A stretch of DNA of 64,000 nucleotides, from the NCBI GenBank assembly GCA_016716565.1, contig JADJWC010000002.1, positions 109,858-173,857 of the forward strand, in the 5' to 3' direction. Shown here one piece after another: positions 33,347 to 43,541 of the stretch. Under the pieces are notes generated by a model. That model worked only from the letters and a program-made list of their open reading frames with translations. It was not told the DNA's origin and made no database searches. The stretch's first letter is position 1. Each line of letters begins with the position of its first letter. The DNA comes from a bacterium. Lineage in GTDB: Bacteria > Bacteroidota > Ignavibacteria > Ignavibacteriales > Ignavibacteriaceae. A program made the position numbers and the translations under genes.

Positions 33347-34751
33347 AATTGTATCTCCTGAAACAGAGGTAATTCCACATGAAATTGATTTTAAAGATCC
33401 ATGGGATTTTGAAGAAGTGTACACTGGTCTTCTTGATTTCCTCGAGCACTTTGATTTTCATAAAGTGGAGGATCGATATCTTTTCAATATTACTACCGGT
33501 ACCCACGTTGCTCAAATATGTATTTACCTTCTAACTGAATCACGAAGATTTCCAGGTAATATTATACAAACATCTCCTGCTCACGGAAATGCTGCAGGAA
33601 CTTATTCTATCATAGATTTAGATTTATCGAAGTATGATAAAATAGCAGCACGATTTGCGAAAGAAATAAAAGATGATATCGCATTTCTAAAATCCGGGAT
33701 TGAAACAAAAAATAAAAAGTTTAATGAACTTATTGATAGAATAGAATTAGTCGCCTTAAGAACTAAGGATCCAATTTTGCTGACCGGTCCGACTGGAGCT
33801 GGAAAATCCTTCCTTGCAAGAAGAATTTATGAACTTAAAAAGTTGAAAGCTTCCGTCAAAGGTCAATTTGTTGAAATAGACTGCGGAACAATTCGCGGCG
33901 ATGCAGCTATGTCCGCTTTGTTTGGGCACAAGAAAGGTGCATTCACTGGTGCAATCAGCGACAGACCTGGTTTGTTAAAAACTGCTGATAAAGGAATTGT
34001 TTTTCTCGATGAGATTGGCGAACTCGGCCTAGACGAGCAAGTAATGCTTTTAAGAGCGATAGAAGATAAAAAGTTTTTTAGTGTGGGTGCAGACAAAGAA
34101 TCAACAAGTGATTTTCAATTGATCTGTGGAACGAACAGAAATCTTCAGCAAAGAGTAAAAGATGGATTGTTTAGAGAAGATCTACTTGCAAGAATAAACC
34201 TTTGGACATTCAATTTGCCGGGATTAAAAGATCGTCCTGAAGATATCGAACCAAATCTCGATTATGAATTAAACCGGTATGCAGATAAAACAGGTGATGT
34301 AGTGCGATTCAACAAAGAAGCACGAGATGCATTCCTGAATTTTGCAGTTTCAAAAGATGCAAAATGGCTAGCTAACTTCAGAGATTTGAATGGTGCAATC
34401 ATCAGGTTATGCACACTTGCACTTGGAGGAAGGATTACACTGGACATTCTTGAAGAAGAAATTAAAAGATTAAAATCATTATGGAAGACAGAAAAAATTG
34501 AATCTGAGGATAGGTTGATAAATAATTTTAGGCATATAATAGACATAACAAGAATCGATTTGTTTGAACAAATACAGATTGAGGGTGTTTTAAAAGTCTG
34601 TCGAGAATCAAAAAGTCTATCTGATGCAGGAAGAAAACTGTTTGCCATTTCACGCCTATCAAAGGCATCTTCAAATGATAGTGATAGATTAAAAAAATTT
34701 TTAGTCAAGTACGGATTGACCTGGGAAATGACCCAAAACAATTATATCTGA
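33321..34751 (+). CDS. rtcR: RtcR, CARF-domain sigma54-dependent transcriptional activator of the rtc operon (the frame continues upstream to ~33286 as FIRQTIFALQRIIEDI...)
   Basis: SPETEV...DFKDPWDFEEVY...TGTHVAQICIYLL (CARF). Walker A GPTGAGKS. GAFTGA. ESKSLSDAGRKLF...LTWE C-terminus. Colinear with E. coli RtcR throughout. Confidence 0.88.
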   Translation: MQRIIEDIKIVSPETEVIPHEIDFKDPWDFEEVYTGLLDFLEHFDFHKVEDRYLFNITTGTHVAQICIYLLTESRRFPGNIIQTSPAHGNAAGTYSIIDLDLSKYDKIAARFAKEIKDDIAFLKSGIETKNKKFNELIDRIELVALRTKDPILLTGPTGAGKSFLARRIYELKKLKASVKGQFVEIDCGTIRGDAAMSALFGHKKGAFTGAISDRPGLLKTADKGIVFLDEIGELGLDEQVMLLRAIEDKKFFSVGADKESTSDFQLICGTNRNLQQRVKDGLFREDLLARINLWTFNLPGLKDRPEDIEPNLDYELNRYADKTGDVVRFNKEARDAFLNFAVSKDAKWLANFRDLNGAIIRLCTLALGGRITLDILEEEIKRLKSLWKTEKIESEDRLINNFRHIIDITRIDLFEQIQIEGVLKVCRESKSLSDAGRKLFAISRLSKASSNDSDRLKKFLVKYGLTWEMTQNNYI

Positions 34752-34785
34752 AACAGAATTAGAAATATTAAGAATCAATTTAAAA

Positions 34786-34826
34786 TTAAAAAAACCCTCA
34801 GAATTTTATCATCTTGAGGGTTTTTG
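34786..34826. terminator. bidirectional rho-independent terminator (A-run, hairpin ccctcag...cttgaggg, T-run)
   Basis: Lies between the rtcR stop and the 3' end of the convergent tRNA-Thr. Confidence 0.55.
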
Positions 34827-34899
34827 AGCTGGTGAACGGATTCGAACCGCCGACCGGCTGATTACAAATCAGCTGCTCTACCAGCTGAGCTACACCAGC
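34827..34899 (-). tRNA. tRNA-Thr (anticodon UGU), canonical
   Basis: Acceptor GCTGGTG/CACCAGC is perfect. D-arm GCTC-AGCTGGTAGA-GC. Anticodon arm GCTGA-TTTGTAA-TCAGC. T-loop TTCGAAT. Confidence 0.85.
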
Positions 34900-34968
34900 T
34901 TATTTTTTGTGTGCCAAAAATATTACTTTCCAATCACCTATACAAATTAAAAACTTGATCATTTCAAT

Positions 34969-35616
34969 TTATTTATCAAGAATTGTAAGTTCTTCAACCC
35001 AGAACAATTCGCAGCTGCCACCACCTGTGTCATCCCTTTTTAGTGAACTTTTCCACCGCCAGCCATCTTCAGTGGTAACTTCAACCAAATAGCCTTTCAT
35101 TTCTATCAGGCTTCCTTTGTAAACTTCGTCAAATTTATCTTCAACGCTCTCATCTTTGGGAATGATATGGATATTCGCACTATTCAAACTAATCTCTTTC
35201 ATTGGTATCGGTAGTACGTCTGCTTTCCAGCGATACCATCGGTTACTTTGTGAAATATCAATTTTATCGATTACACTTTGATCTGACATCGGTCCCCAGC
35301 CAAGAGCAAGATCTAATGGAGAAATTTCACTCTCTTTTCCCAAGGAAAAATTATTCCTACTTAATACTCTTGCTTTTATTTTATACTCTGCCAATGCTTT
35401 GAAGTTGAATTCATATTTAATCCAAAATCTTTCCTCAGAAATATTAACTTGTATTGGCTGGTCAGGTGCTGTCAGACCGGGAGGAAATGTGATAACTGTT
35501 TCAGGATAAAAGAAGTAAGCAAGAACTACAATTAACAGGGCTGCAGGTATAAGAATTTTCTTCATTTGATCTTCATTATAATTATTATTCGGTCTTTTCT
35601 TTTTCCTTAAACTCAC
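34969..35616 (-). CDS. hypothetical signal-anchored/lipoprotein-like protein
   Basis: Hydrophobic N-terminus after an MKKILIP internal start. No recognisable domain. Confidence 0.45.
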   Translation of the reverse strand: MSLRKKKRPNNNYNEDQMKKILIPAALLIVVLAYFFYPETVITFPPGLTAPDQPIQVNISEERFWIKYEFNFKALAEYKIKARVLSRNNFSLGKESEISPLDLALGWGPMSDQSVIDKIDISQSNRWYRWKADVLPIPMKEISLNSANIHIIPKDESVEDKFDEVYKGSLIEMKGYLVEVTTEDGWRWKSSLKRDDTGGGSCELFWVEELTILDK

Positions 35617-36919
35617 CCGTATCAGAATATATTTTGAACTGGACCATTTTTTGTCGGATCTTTTTAATCAGTTCAAACTTTACTCCTCCATACTCAACCG
35701 TTTCATTGAGACTTAAAATTTTACCTGACTGTTCTGCTATAAATCCTGCAACGGTATTATATTCATCAGATTCAGGAAGTGTGAGAGTAAAAACTTCGTT
35801 GAAATCAGTTATCTGCATAGAACCTAGAACAAAGTATTTATTATCAGGAAATTTATAATACTCTTTTTGTTCAATAATTGCATCGTTCTTTATCTCACCG
35901 ACAATTTCTTCAAGAATATCTTCAATCGTTATGACACCTTCAGTTCCGCCATATTCATCCGATACAATTGCAAGACGTTCACCTCGCTGCTGCATTTCAG
36001 TTAGAATTTCAGAAATCAATTTTGTTTCAGGAATAAAATAAGCTGGTCTTATTAAACTTTTTAAAGAAGATATCGAGCCAGACTCTATCAGAAGTTTTAT
36101 AACATCTTTACTATGCAGTATTCCAATTATATTATCAATCGAATCTTCATATACCGGAATTAATGTGTGTCCCCTTAAAATAATATTTCGCAGTAGTGTT
36201 TCATCTGTTTCATTAATATCAATCGAAATCATTTCGGTACGAGGAACCATTACTTCTCCGGCCTTCAAATCATTAAACTCAATTATGTTTTGAATTATTT
36301 TTTCTTCTTTCTCATCAATCGCTCCGGATTTGACACCGTCAGCAATAATATCGAGTATCTCATCCTCGGATGGTTTTGCCTGAGCAAAATTTGTTTTTTC
36401 CTTGAATGGCAGAAGAAAGAGATCACTTGTTTTATTCAGAAATCTTGCCGGAACAATAAAGAGTTTTGAGATAGGAATCAGAATTATTACAAACACTCTT
36501 CCCAGAAAATTTGAATACTTGAATCCAAGTGCTTTTGGAATAAGATAGCTGAATATTGTAAGGAATGAAGCGATTAAAATAATTGTTAGAATAAGTGATA
36601 TTATTAACCGGAGCGAATCATCATAAAATCCTACTCTCGGTTCGGTTATATCCGGATTGATAAGCTTTGCGCTCAACAGGAATCCGAATACAACAGAAGA
36701 AATTATAAACGTCAGGTATAATAAAAGTATGGTTCCATAATACGGCTCTGGATTTTTGTGTACTATATGGAACTTTTGCCAGATTGTATCTCCCCTTTCT
36801 TTAAGTTCTTCGATCTTATTTTCACCAAATGATGATAGTGCAATCTCTCCAGCAGTAATTAATCCTGCCAGAAACACGGAGATAATAAATAATACAAGTT
36901 CAACTAAATATAAGTTCAT
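35585..36919 (-). CDS. CNNM/DUF21 + CBS pair + CorC_HlyC transporter-associated protein (GldE/hemolysin-family-like)
   Basis: N-terminal 4-TM DUF21. Two CBS motifs. C-terminal CorC/HlyC transporter-associated domain. Confidence 0.75.
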   Translation of the reverse strand: MNLYLVELVLFIISVFLAGLITAGEIALSSFGENKIEELKERGDTIWQKFHIVHKNPEPYYGTILLLYLTFIISSVVFGFLLSAKLINPDITEPRVGFYDDSLRLIISLILTIILIASFLTIFSYLIPKALGFKYSNFLGRVFVIILIPISKLFIVPARFLNKTSDLFLLPFKEKTNFAQAKPSEDEILDIIADGVKSGAIDEKEEKIIQNIIEFNDLKAGEVMVPRTEMISIDINETDETLLRNIILRGHTLIPVYEDSIDNIIGILHSKDVIKLLIESGSISSLKSLIRPAYFIPETKLISEILTEMQQRGERLAIVSDEYGGTEGVITIEDILEEIVGEIKNDAIIEQKEYYKFPDNKYFVLGSMQITDFNEVFTLTLPESDEYNTVAGFIAEQSGKILSLNETVEYGGVKFELIKKIRQKMVQFKIYSDTGEFKEKEKTE

Positions 36920-37084
36920 TTATCAATAGAATTTAAGTATTGTCATTTGCTTCTAATATTAGAATATAATCCATTTTCAATGCTTAAAAATAAATAAGCT
37001 ATAATTAATAATATATGACCAATTGAATGGTAAAAACTATTTGGTTAAAATTGATTATTCAAAATTGATAGTTTCGGAAAAACA

Positions 37085-37426
37085 ATGGTACCCAAAACAA
37101 TAAAATTAAAAGATAAATCTTCACTTGAAATTATCTGGGAGGATGATAGTTTAAGTAATATTTCATTGAAGTATTTGAGAGATGAATGTCCCTGCGCTAC
37201 ATGCAAAGGCGAAACAGTTCTTCTTAAAACCTACAGACCTCCGGTAAAAAAAATGATGACTCCGGAAATGTATTTGATCAAGAATATTGAAGTTGTTGGT
37301 GAGTATGCTATTCAGATTACATGGAAAGATGGTCATAACACCGGAATTTATACTTACGAATACCTGCAGGAACTTGATAAAGGTCAGGCATCAGAAAAGA
37401 AGCAGGACTATGATACACTTCTATGA
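37085..37426 (+). CDS. DUF971 (gamma-butyrobetaine hydroxylase-like N-terminal domain) protein
   Basis: IIWEDDSLSNISLKYLRDECPCATCKGE pattern. Confidence 0.5.
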   Translation: MVPKTIKLKDKSSLEIIWEDDSLSNISLKYLRDECPCATCKGETVLLKTYRPPVKKMMTPEMYLIKNIEVVGEYAIQITWKDGHNTGIYTYEYLQELDKGQASEKKQDYDTLL

Positions 37427-38184
37427 TCTCCAAATCTGAACTCCAATATTATTCTTCTCTGCTGACAAAAAAGCATCGCAAATCAGAAAAGAAATTTCTT
37501 GTTGAAGGAATGAAATCGGTGCTTGAGGGCATTAATAGCAACTATGAATGTGAAGTTATCTTTATAACTAACAAGTTTGCTGAACAGTACGAAGATACTA
37601 TTAAAATGCTGGAAAAAGCGAAAAAGAAAACTATATCGCTGAAGCAAAAAGAGTTTGAAAAATTATCTGATACTGAAACGCCGCAAGGAATTGCTGCAGT
37701 GTTTGTGAAACCTGGGCTTGAATTTTCACCAGAATTAATTTCAGATGATAAAATTATTGTGATGCTCGATAACATTTCTGATCCCGGAAACCTTGGGACA
37801 ATATTTCGTAATTGTGATTGGTTTGGTGTGAAAAATATTTTATTGAGTGAGAACATAGTAGATTATACAAATCCAAAAGTTATCCGGTCATCGATGGGTT
37901 CTGTTTTCCACGTAAACATTTTTGAAAATATAAATTCTGATAACTTGAATGCTTTGAAAAAAGATGGTTATGAAATTCTCGCTGCTGATCTCGAAGGTGA
38001 AAATGTTTTTACTTACAGAAGTGATAAGAAAAAAATATTAATCCTTTCCAGCGAGTCTCACGGTCCAACAAAAGAAATTGAAAAGTTAAGTGATAAAAAA
38101 ATCAGCATACCGAAAATTGGCAATGCAGAATCGTTGAATGTTGCTTCAGCGTCTGCTGTTTTACTTGCTCAATTAACTAAATAA
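37423..38184 (+). CDS. SpoU/TrmH-family RNA 2'-O-methyltransferase (RlmB-like)
   Basis: SPOUT motifs DNISDPGNLGTIFRNCDWFG, IPKIGNAESLNVASASAV. Overlaps the upstream gene by 4 nt. Confidence 0.75.
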   Translation: MISKSELQYYSSLLTKKHRKSEKKFLVEGMKSVLEGINSNYECEVIFITNKFAEQYEDTIKMLEKAKKKTISLKQKEFEKLSDTETPQGIAAVFVKPGLEFSPELISDDKIIVMLDNISDPGNLGTIFRNCDWFGVKNILLSENIVDYTNPKVIRSSMGSVFHVNIFENINSDNLNALKKDGYEILAADLEGENVFTYRSDKKKILILSSESHGPTKEIEKLSDKKISIPKIGNAESLNVASASAVLLAQLTK

Positions 38185-38186
38185 AA

Positions 38187-38211
38187 AAGGCGACCAACCG
38201 ATCGCCTTTTG
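38187..38211 (+). terminator. rho-independent terminator
   Basis: aaggcgaccaaccgatcgcctttt immediately after the stop. Confidence 0.55.
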
Positions 38212-38375
38212 AATTGGTTGTCGTCCAGTATATGATTATAGCTTTTCAGCCATTTTTAACAGAGTAATTAAACCAGCAAATCCTATAACCAATCCAACTA
38301 TGTTAAGAATATTTTTAATTAACTTTTCTCTTTTTTTAATCTGCTCATACGTCTTATACATATTATCGATAACTC

Positions 38376-41300
38376 CTACTTAAGAATTAATAATTTTTTA
38401 ACTTGAACAAATTCACTACTCTCCAAACGATAAATGTATGTACCGCTTGGGAGATTACTTGCATTAAGAGTTACCATATGATATCCTGATTCGAATGTTC
38501 CTTGTACTATTGTAGCTACAAGTTCACCAAGCATATTATATAGATTTATTTTTAATTGAGTTTGCACTGGAAGTGAAAATTTTATATTTGTCACCGGATT
38601 AAACGGATTGGGATAATTCTGGTACAACTCATACTCCGTAGGTAATAGCTCGACTTCAACCTCGGTGGAATATTCGTACGCTCCGTCTGTATCAATCTGT
38701 TTTAGACGATAAACAAATTTACTTCCACCTATCGGATTATTGTCAGTAAAATTGTAACTCTTCGGTGAATTACTGTTTCCATTTCCTTGAACAAAGCCTA
38801 TCTTCTGCCAGGTTGTATTTTCATTATTTAAAGTAATTGATCTCTCGACTTCAAAGCCATAGTTGTTTACCTCTGTCTTTGTTTCCCAGTTCAAATCTAT
38901 CTGATCTTCAGATACTTTTGCAGTAAAACTTGTCATCTCAACTGGTAATGCCGACCACACCGTAAATGGGTTTTGAATAGTGCCTAAAATAGCTAGGTTT
39001 TGAAAGGTTACGGGAGGATAATCTGGATTTTCATCAACTTGATCCAATTCAGCATTATAGACTTTGAAAGTTACATTTTCACCAGCCTGTTGATTTGATC
39101 CAACGGTTAAAAAGAATCGGTACCCGTTAGCAGTTGAGATATTATTATAGGCAACGCCTCTGCATTCACTTCCTACAAACGCTCCTATTTTATCATTTGG
39201 ATTTGAAGAGACTATTAAATTCCAAACTATTTCTCCAATGATTTGCATATTATTTTGTAAATTTCCAACAGGTACCCAATTTGGTTCTTCTAATATTTTT
39301 TCTATTGGATCATTTAAAACTAATGGAGCTGTAGTATTTGAGGGATATGTTAATACTGTCGCATTAGTAAGTTGTGTTTTATAACCATTTCCAGGATTAA
39401 GATTCATTAATGAACCTATCCATTGGCTTGAACCCTGATCATAAACAGCAAATTGATTTTGACTTACAAACCTATCCATACTAGCTGGAGTTGCTGTCAT
39501 ATTAGCTAAAGCCAAGTTGATTGCAATCGATGTCCGTGGCAAATAACCAATCCATGTCCATCCCGGGTCCAAACTGATTGGGTTTGTGGAGGGATTCAAA
39601 GGTAATCCCTGAAGTGTGAAATTAGCTCCAGATGCAGAATTCAAGATGTACATTTTTTTCGGATCGATTGTAACTAAACTTCCGATCCACTGGCCAGAAC
39701 TTGCATCATAGATTGCAAAATTTGTTTGTCCTATTATTCTATCATTTGCTGATGCGGATAAACCATTAAATACGGAATTAATCGCCATATTTCCTGGATC
39801 AATGTTAATCGAGAACCACGTAAATCCCGATCCAAAGTTGTATGCAAGTTCAACCATACCACAGTGAAAGATAAATGGATCAGCCAACGACCCCACTAGT
39901 GCTTGATTAACAAAGTCTATTGTTTCCAATACTGATAACTCTTCGCAAGTCGATGATTTCCACGACTTGAAAGTTACAGTTTCACCAGAAAGTTGATTGC
40001 TTGATATAGTTAGAAATATTAGGCCACCGGAAGCTGATAACGGGTATGCAATTCCTCTACACTCACTACCAACAAACGCTCCAATTGCATCAGATTCATT
40101 TAGCGTCACAACGCCGTCAAACTCAAGCTGTGCTATAACATTCATATTATTCTGTTGATTAGTAACTGCTACCCACCCGTGGTTACAACTTGATTGAATT
40201 ACATTTAATATTATAGGACTAGCCCCAGCAGCTGAAACAGTTACAGTTCCATTTCTTATACTTCCGGTTCCGTTTGGTTCAGCCGTAACTTCAAAATATC
40301 CGGGTGTAGTATTATGTGGAATTGAAACTGTTAGCCAGGTTTCACTCGGTGTGGCATCAAATATTAATTCATTGAGGTTACCACAATTAGTTACATCAAT
40401 ATTACCACTTGTACCACCAGCACTAGGTGCATCCCAACTTGTTGTGGATATACATAATGCAGGATCTGGTAAAGGAATAGCAGTAACACTAACATAAACT
40501 GGATCTTCATCTGGATCATTGGAGCTGATTGTAATCGTTCCTGTTTCTTGCGCGGAAACTTGATTCCAATCTACACTACAATTGACAACCTGAATACTAC
40601 CTGGAAAAATTTCAAAAGGCGTTGTTGGATAACCAGCGGTATTCAACCACGTTTTATCACTTGTTATTGAATTAATATTTAAAATACCAGTCCCAATACT
40701 CTCGATTGAAATAAGATTGTTCGAGCCAGTTACTGTTTGCATCGCTAAAAAAGCATTCATTCTACCAGCTCCCAATTGACCAATATAACTTGGATTTTCG
40801 TTGTCAATATTATCAGCAGAGCTAGTAATAATATTTGTCACTTCCTCTGGAGTTAGAGAAGAATTTTGAGAAAGAATTAGACCTGCTAATCCAGCAACTA
40901 ATGGTGTTGACATCGAGGTTCCACTTTTATATCCATAGCTATCGTCAAATGTAGTACTCAATATATTTTCACCTGGCGCTGAAATGTCAATCCAGGAACC
41001 ATAATTTGAACCGCTTGATTTCGCATCAGTGGGGTCTGTTGCAGCAACAGATATAGTCTGAATAATTCCATCAATACTACTTGGAATATTACTATTGTCA
41101 TTTCCTGCAGCATGTACTACTACAATTCCATTATTATAAGCATCAGTTACTGCAGTTAAAAATACTGAGCTTGCAGTAAAACTCATACTAATAACTTTAG
41201 CACCATTATCAATAGCATAATCGATTGCAGAAAGAATAAAACTTGATGAAAGATTACCTCCACCTGAAGAATTTGCCCAACCAGCTCTTAATGCCATTAT

Positions 41301-43064
41301 TGAACAACCATTACCCATTCCTGATACACCAATACCATTATTAGTAGAAGCAGATGCAATTCCCGAACAATGCGTCCCGTGCCCTTGAAAATCCATAGGA
41401 TCATTGTCAGGAGTTTCACCATCTTCCCCCGGATAAATATCCACTATACCAGTGACCCAATCCCATCCTCTGACATCATCAATATAACCATTACCATCAT
41501 CGTCAATTCCATTTCCATCGATTTCATCCGTATTTATCCATATATTGCCTGAAAGATCGGTATGATTCCAGTCAACACCAGTATCAATTATTCCAATAAT
41601 TATACTACTACTACCAATTCCTAAATCCCAAGATTCTGCAGCACGAACTTTTGCCAGATGCCATTGAGAAATGTAACTTGGATCATTTGGGACACTAGAA
41701 ATCTGATGTATATAGTTAGGATGAACCCACTCAATTTGCTCTTTATTCATCAATTCAGCGATAACATATTCTAGATTAAAAGTTTTCGGAAATTTTATGA
41801 GAATTGTATTTTCTAAGGTAGGTGGTAATTGTTTTCTTTTGTAAATTTTTTCTACTTGATATACACCAATTTTTTCAAATAAACTATTAAAAATTGGTGC
41901 CCCTACTCCGTCAAAATTTGATTCATTCAGAACAAGATTCATACTTGCTTTGACTTTAACGATCAATTCCCCCTGTAGATAAGGCTGTGTGAGATTGATC
42001 AAACTATTCTTATCCAGTGTTATTTTTTCTTTTGATCTATTTAAATTAGTTTCGGGTAAAGTAAGCGAAGTAGGATTAACTTGAATGTCCGGTTCAGTTG
42101 TGTACAACACACTTTTATATATTCCCCCATCTGAAACTCCTGCTAATAAAACGCCATTCGGTAAAATTCCCATACTATATACATTTAAATTGTTCAATCC
42201 GCTATTCATTTGATACCAAGATAATCCATTATCAGTAGAATGGTAAACACCCGCATAATCCGTAAAGAATAAATTTCGCGCGCTAAAAAATATTGTACTT
42301 GAGTAATGGATTAACCCGTCTGTCCGCTCATCTGAGCCAGTAGTAAATTGAATCCAAGAATTACCGTTATCCGTGCTTTTATAACTAACATTGTTGGAAA
42401 CTGGAAAACAGTAAATACTGTTATTAAAATAGTTTTTCGCAAAATATGCACCCCAGCTAGAGTGTACTTGAACCAGAACCCAATTATTTCCATTATTTGT
42501 AGATTTGTATATTCCTCCGGATTGGCCATTTCCAGAACCAAGAGCAGCAAGTATCTCTCCGTTCGGAAGGATTAATATTGACTTTACCAAAGTGTTCAAA
42601 AGACCAGAGTTGTTATATGACCAAGTTGTCCCATTGTTTGTAGAACGAGCCACACCTGAATTCGTTGCAGCGAAAAGATAGTCGCTAGCTAAACTTGCAA
42701 TATCAATTATATTAGTTAAAAGTCCCTGTGATAGCCAACTATTTCCTAGGTCAGTAGAATAATAAACTCCTTGACTAGTTCCAGCATAAATATTTCCATC
42801 AGGTCTAATGTATATCTTATTAACTCGCTGTGGAGATAACCCTGTATTACTCTGAAACCAGTTATCTCCTGAATCTGTAGACTTTAAAATACCACCAGTT
42901 TCAGTACCTGCTAGAAGCGTGCTGGTTGTATTAGGATGAAAAACAATTGAATAGATTTTTCCGTACGATCCCGGGACATTTGTAGGTTGCCAGAAATCTT
43001 GGGGAAATAAATTATTTACACAAATTAGAAGTGCAAATAATGTGAAAGTGTAGATATTTTTCAT
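38376..43064 (-). CDS. T9SS-sorted S8 (subtilisin-like) serine peptidase with N-terminal BNR/Asp-box beta-propeller repeats and multiple Ig-like domains
   Basis: Six STDxGxxW/STNNGxxW Asp-boxes. Catalytic D (IIDTGVDWNHTDL), H (HGTHCSGIAS), S (GTSMSTPLVAGLAGL). C-terminal YQNYPNPFNPVTNIKFS...LLILK. Confidence 0.75.
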   Translation of the reverse strand: MKNIYTFTLFALLICVNNLFPQDFWQPTNVPGSYGKIYSIVFHPNTTSTLLAGTETGGILKSTDSGDNWFQSNTGLSPQRVNKIYIRPDGNIYAGTSQGVYYSTDLGNSWLSQGLLTNIIDIASLASDYLFAATNSGVARSTNNGTTWSYNNSGLLNTLVKSILILPNGEILAALGSGNGQSGGIYKSTNNGNNWVLVQVHSSWGAYFAKNYFNNSIYCFPVSNNVSYKSTDNGNSWIQFTTGSDERTDGLIHYSSTIFFSARNLFFTDYAGVYHSTDNGLSWYQMNSGLNNLNVYSMGILPNGVLLAGVSDGGIYKSVLYTTEPDIQVNPTSLTLPETNLNRSKEKITLDKNSLINLTQPYLQGELIVKVKASMNLVLNESNFDGVGAPIFNSLFEKIGVYQVEKIYKRKQLPPTLENTILIKFPKTFNLEYVIAELMNKEQIEWVHPNYIHQISSVPNDPSYISQWHLAKVRAAESWDLGIGSSSIIIGIIDTGVDWNHTDLSGNIWINTDEIDGNGIDDDGNGYIDDVRGWDWVTGIVDIYPGEDGETPDNDPMDFQGHGTHCSGIASASTNNGIGVSGMGNGCSIMALRAGWANSSGGGNLSSSFILSAIDYAIDNGAKVISMSFTASSVFLTAVTDAYNNGIVVVHAAGNDNSNIPSSIDGIIQTISVAATDPTDAKSSGSNYGSWIDISAPGENILSTTFDDSYGYKSGTSMSTPLVAGLAGLILSQNSSLTPEEVTNIITSSADNIDNENPSYIGQLGAGRMNAFLAMQTVTGSNNLISIESIGTGILNINSITSDKTWLNTAGYPTTPFEIFPGSIQVVNCSVDWNQVSAQETGTITISSNDPDEDPVYVSVTAIPLPDPALCISTTSWDAPSAGGTSGNIDVTNCGNLNELIFDATPSETWLTVSIPHNTTPGYFEVTAEPNGTGSIRNGTVTVSAAGASPIILNVIQSSCNHGWVAVTNQQNNMNVIAQLEFDGVVTLNESDAIGAFVGSECRGIAYPLSASGGLIFLTISSNQLSGETVTFKSWKSSTCEELSVLETIDFVNQALVGSLADPFIFHCGMVELAYNFGSGFTWFSINIDPGNMAINSVFNGLSASANDRIIGQTNFAIYDASSGQWIGSLVTIDPKKMYILNSASGANFTLQGLPLNPSTNPISLDPGWTWIGYLPRTSIAINLALANMTATPASMDRFVSQNQFAVYDQGSSQWIGSLMNLNPGNGYKTQLTNATVLTYPSNTTAPLVLNDPIEKILEEPNWVPVGNLQNNMQIIGEIVWNLIVSSNPNDKIGAFVGSECRGVAYNNISTANGYRFFLTVGSNQQAGENVTFKVYNAELDQVDENPDYPPVTFQNLAILGTIQNPFTVWSALPVEMTSFTAKVSEDQIDLNWETKTEVNNYGFEVERSITLNNENTTWQKIGFVQGNGNSNSPKSYNFTDNNPIGGSKFVYRLKQIDTDGAYEYSTEVEVELLPTEYELYQNYPNPFNPVTNIKFSLPVQTQLKINLYNMLGELVATIVQGTFESGYHMVTLNASNLPSGTYIYRLESSEFVQVKKLLILK

Positions 43065-43541
43065 ACTGCCCTCAAAAATGAATTTGTTGAGATAATTGAT
43101 TTGAAATTAAATTTTGGTCGGTGTAAAGGTGGTAAGTAGAATAGGCTAATTGCCAAATCCAACAATCAGAAGAAAATTTAATCATATAGTGTTGCCCTCT
43201 TACGGACAAAATAAATTTAGAAATTATTAGTGGCTTTGGATTCTGTAAGATGCCCTCAAAAAATCCGTCTGCTAAATAGTAAATTGAAAATTTAAAATCA
43301 AGAAGCAGTTTCTATTAAATAAATAGTCAATAATTATTCCAAGTGCAAATTCAATTAAAGAATTTTGGCTTACTCTTAAATTGCGGTTTTAGTTGATCCT
43401 AAAAATTAGACCTTATTATGGTCAAGAAACTTTTTATTGCTTTCGTAGGAGTATATAATTAAACGTCATTTAGTATATAATATTTGGAAGTGACAACAAT
43501 TTCCACTTAGATATTATCTATCACCCGTCAACAATGGCGGA

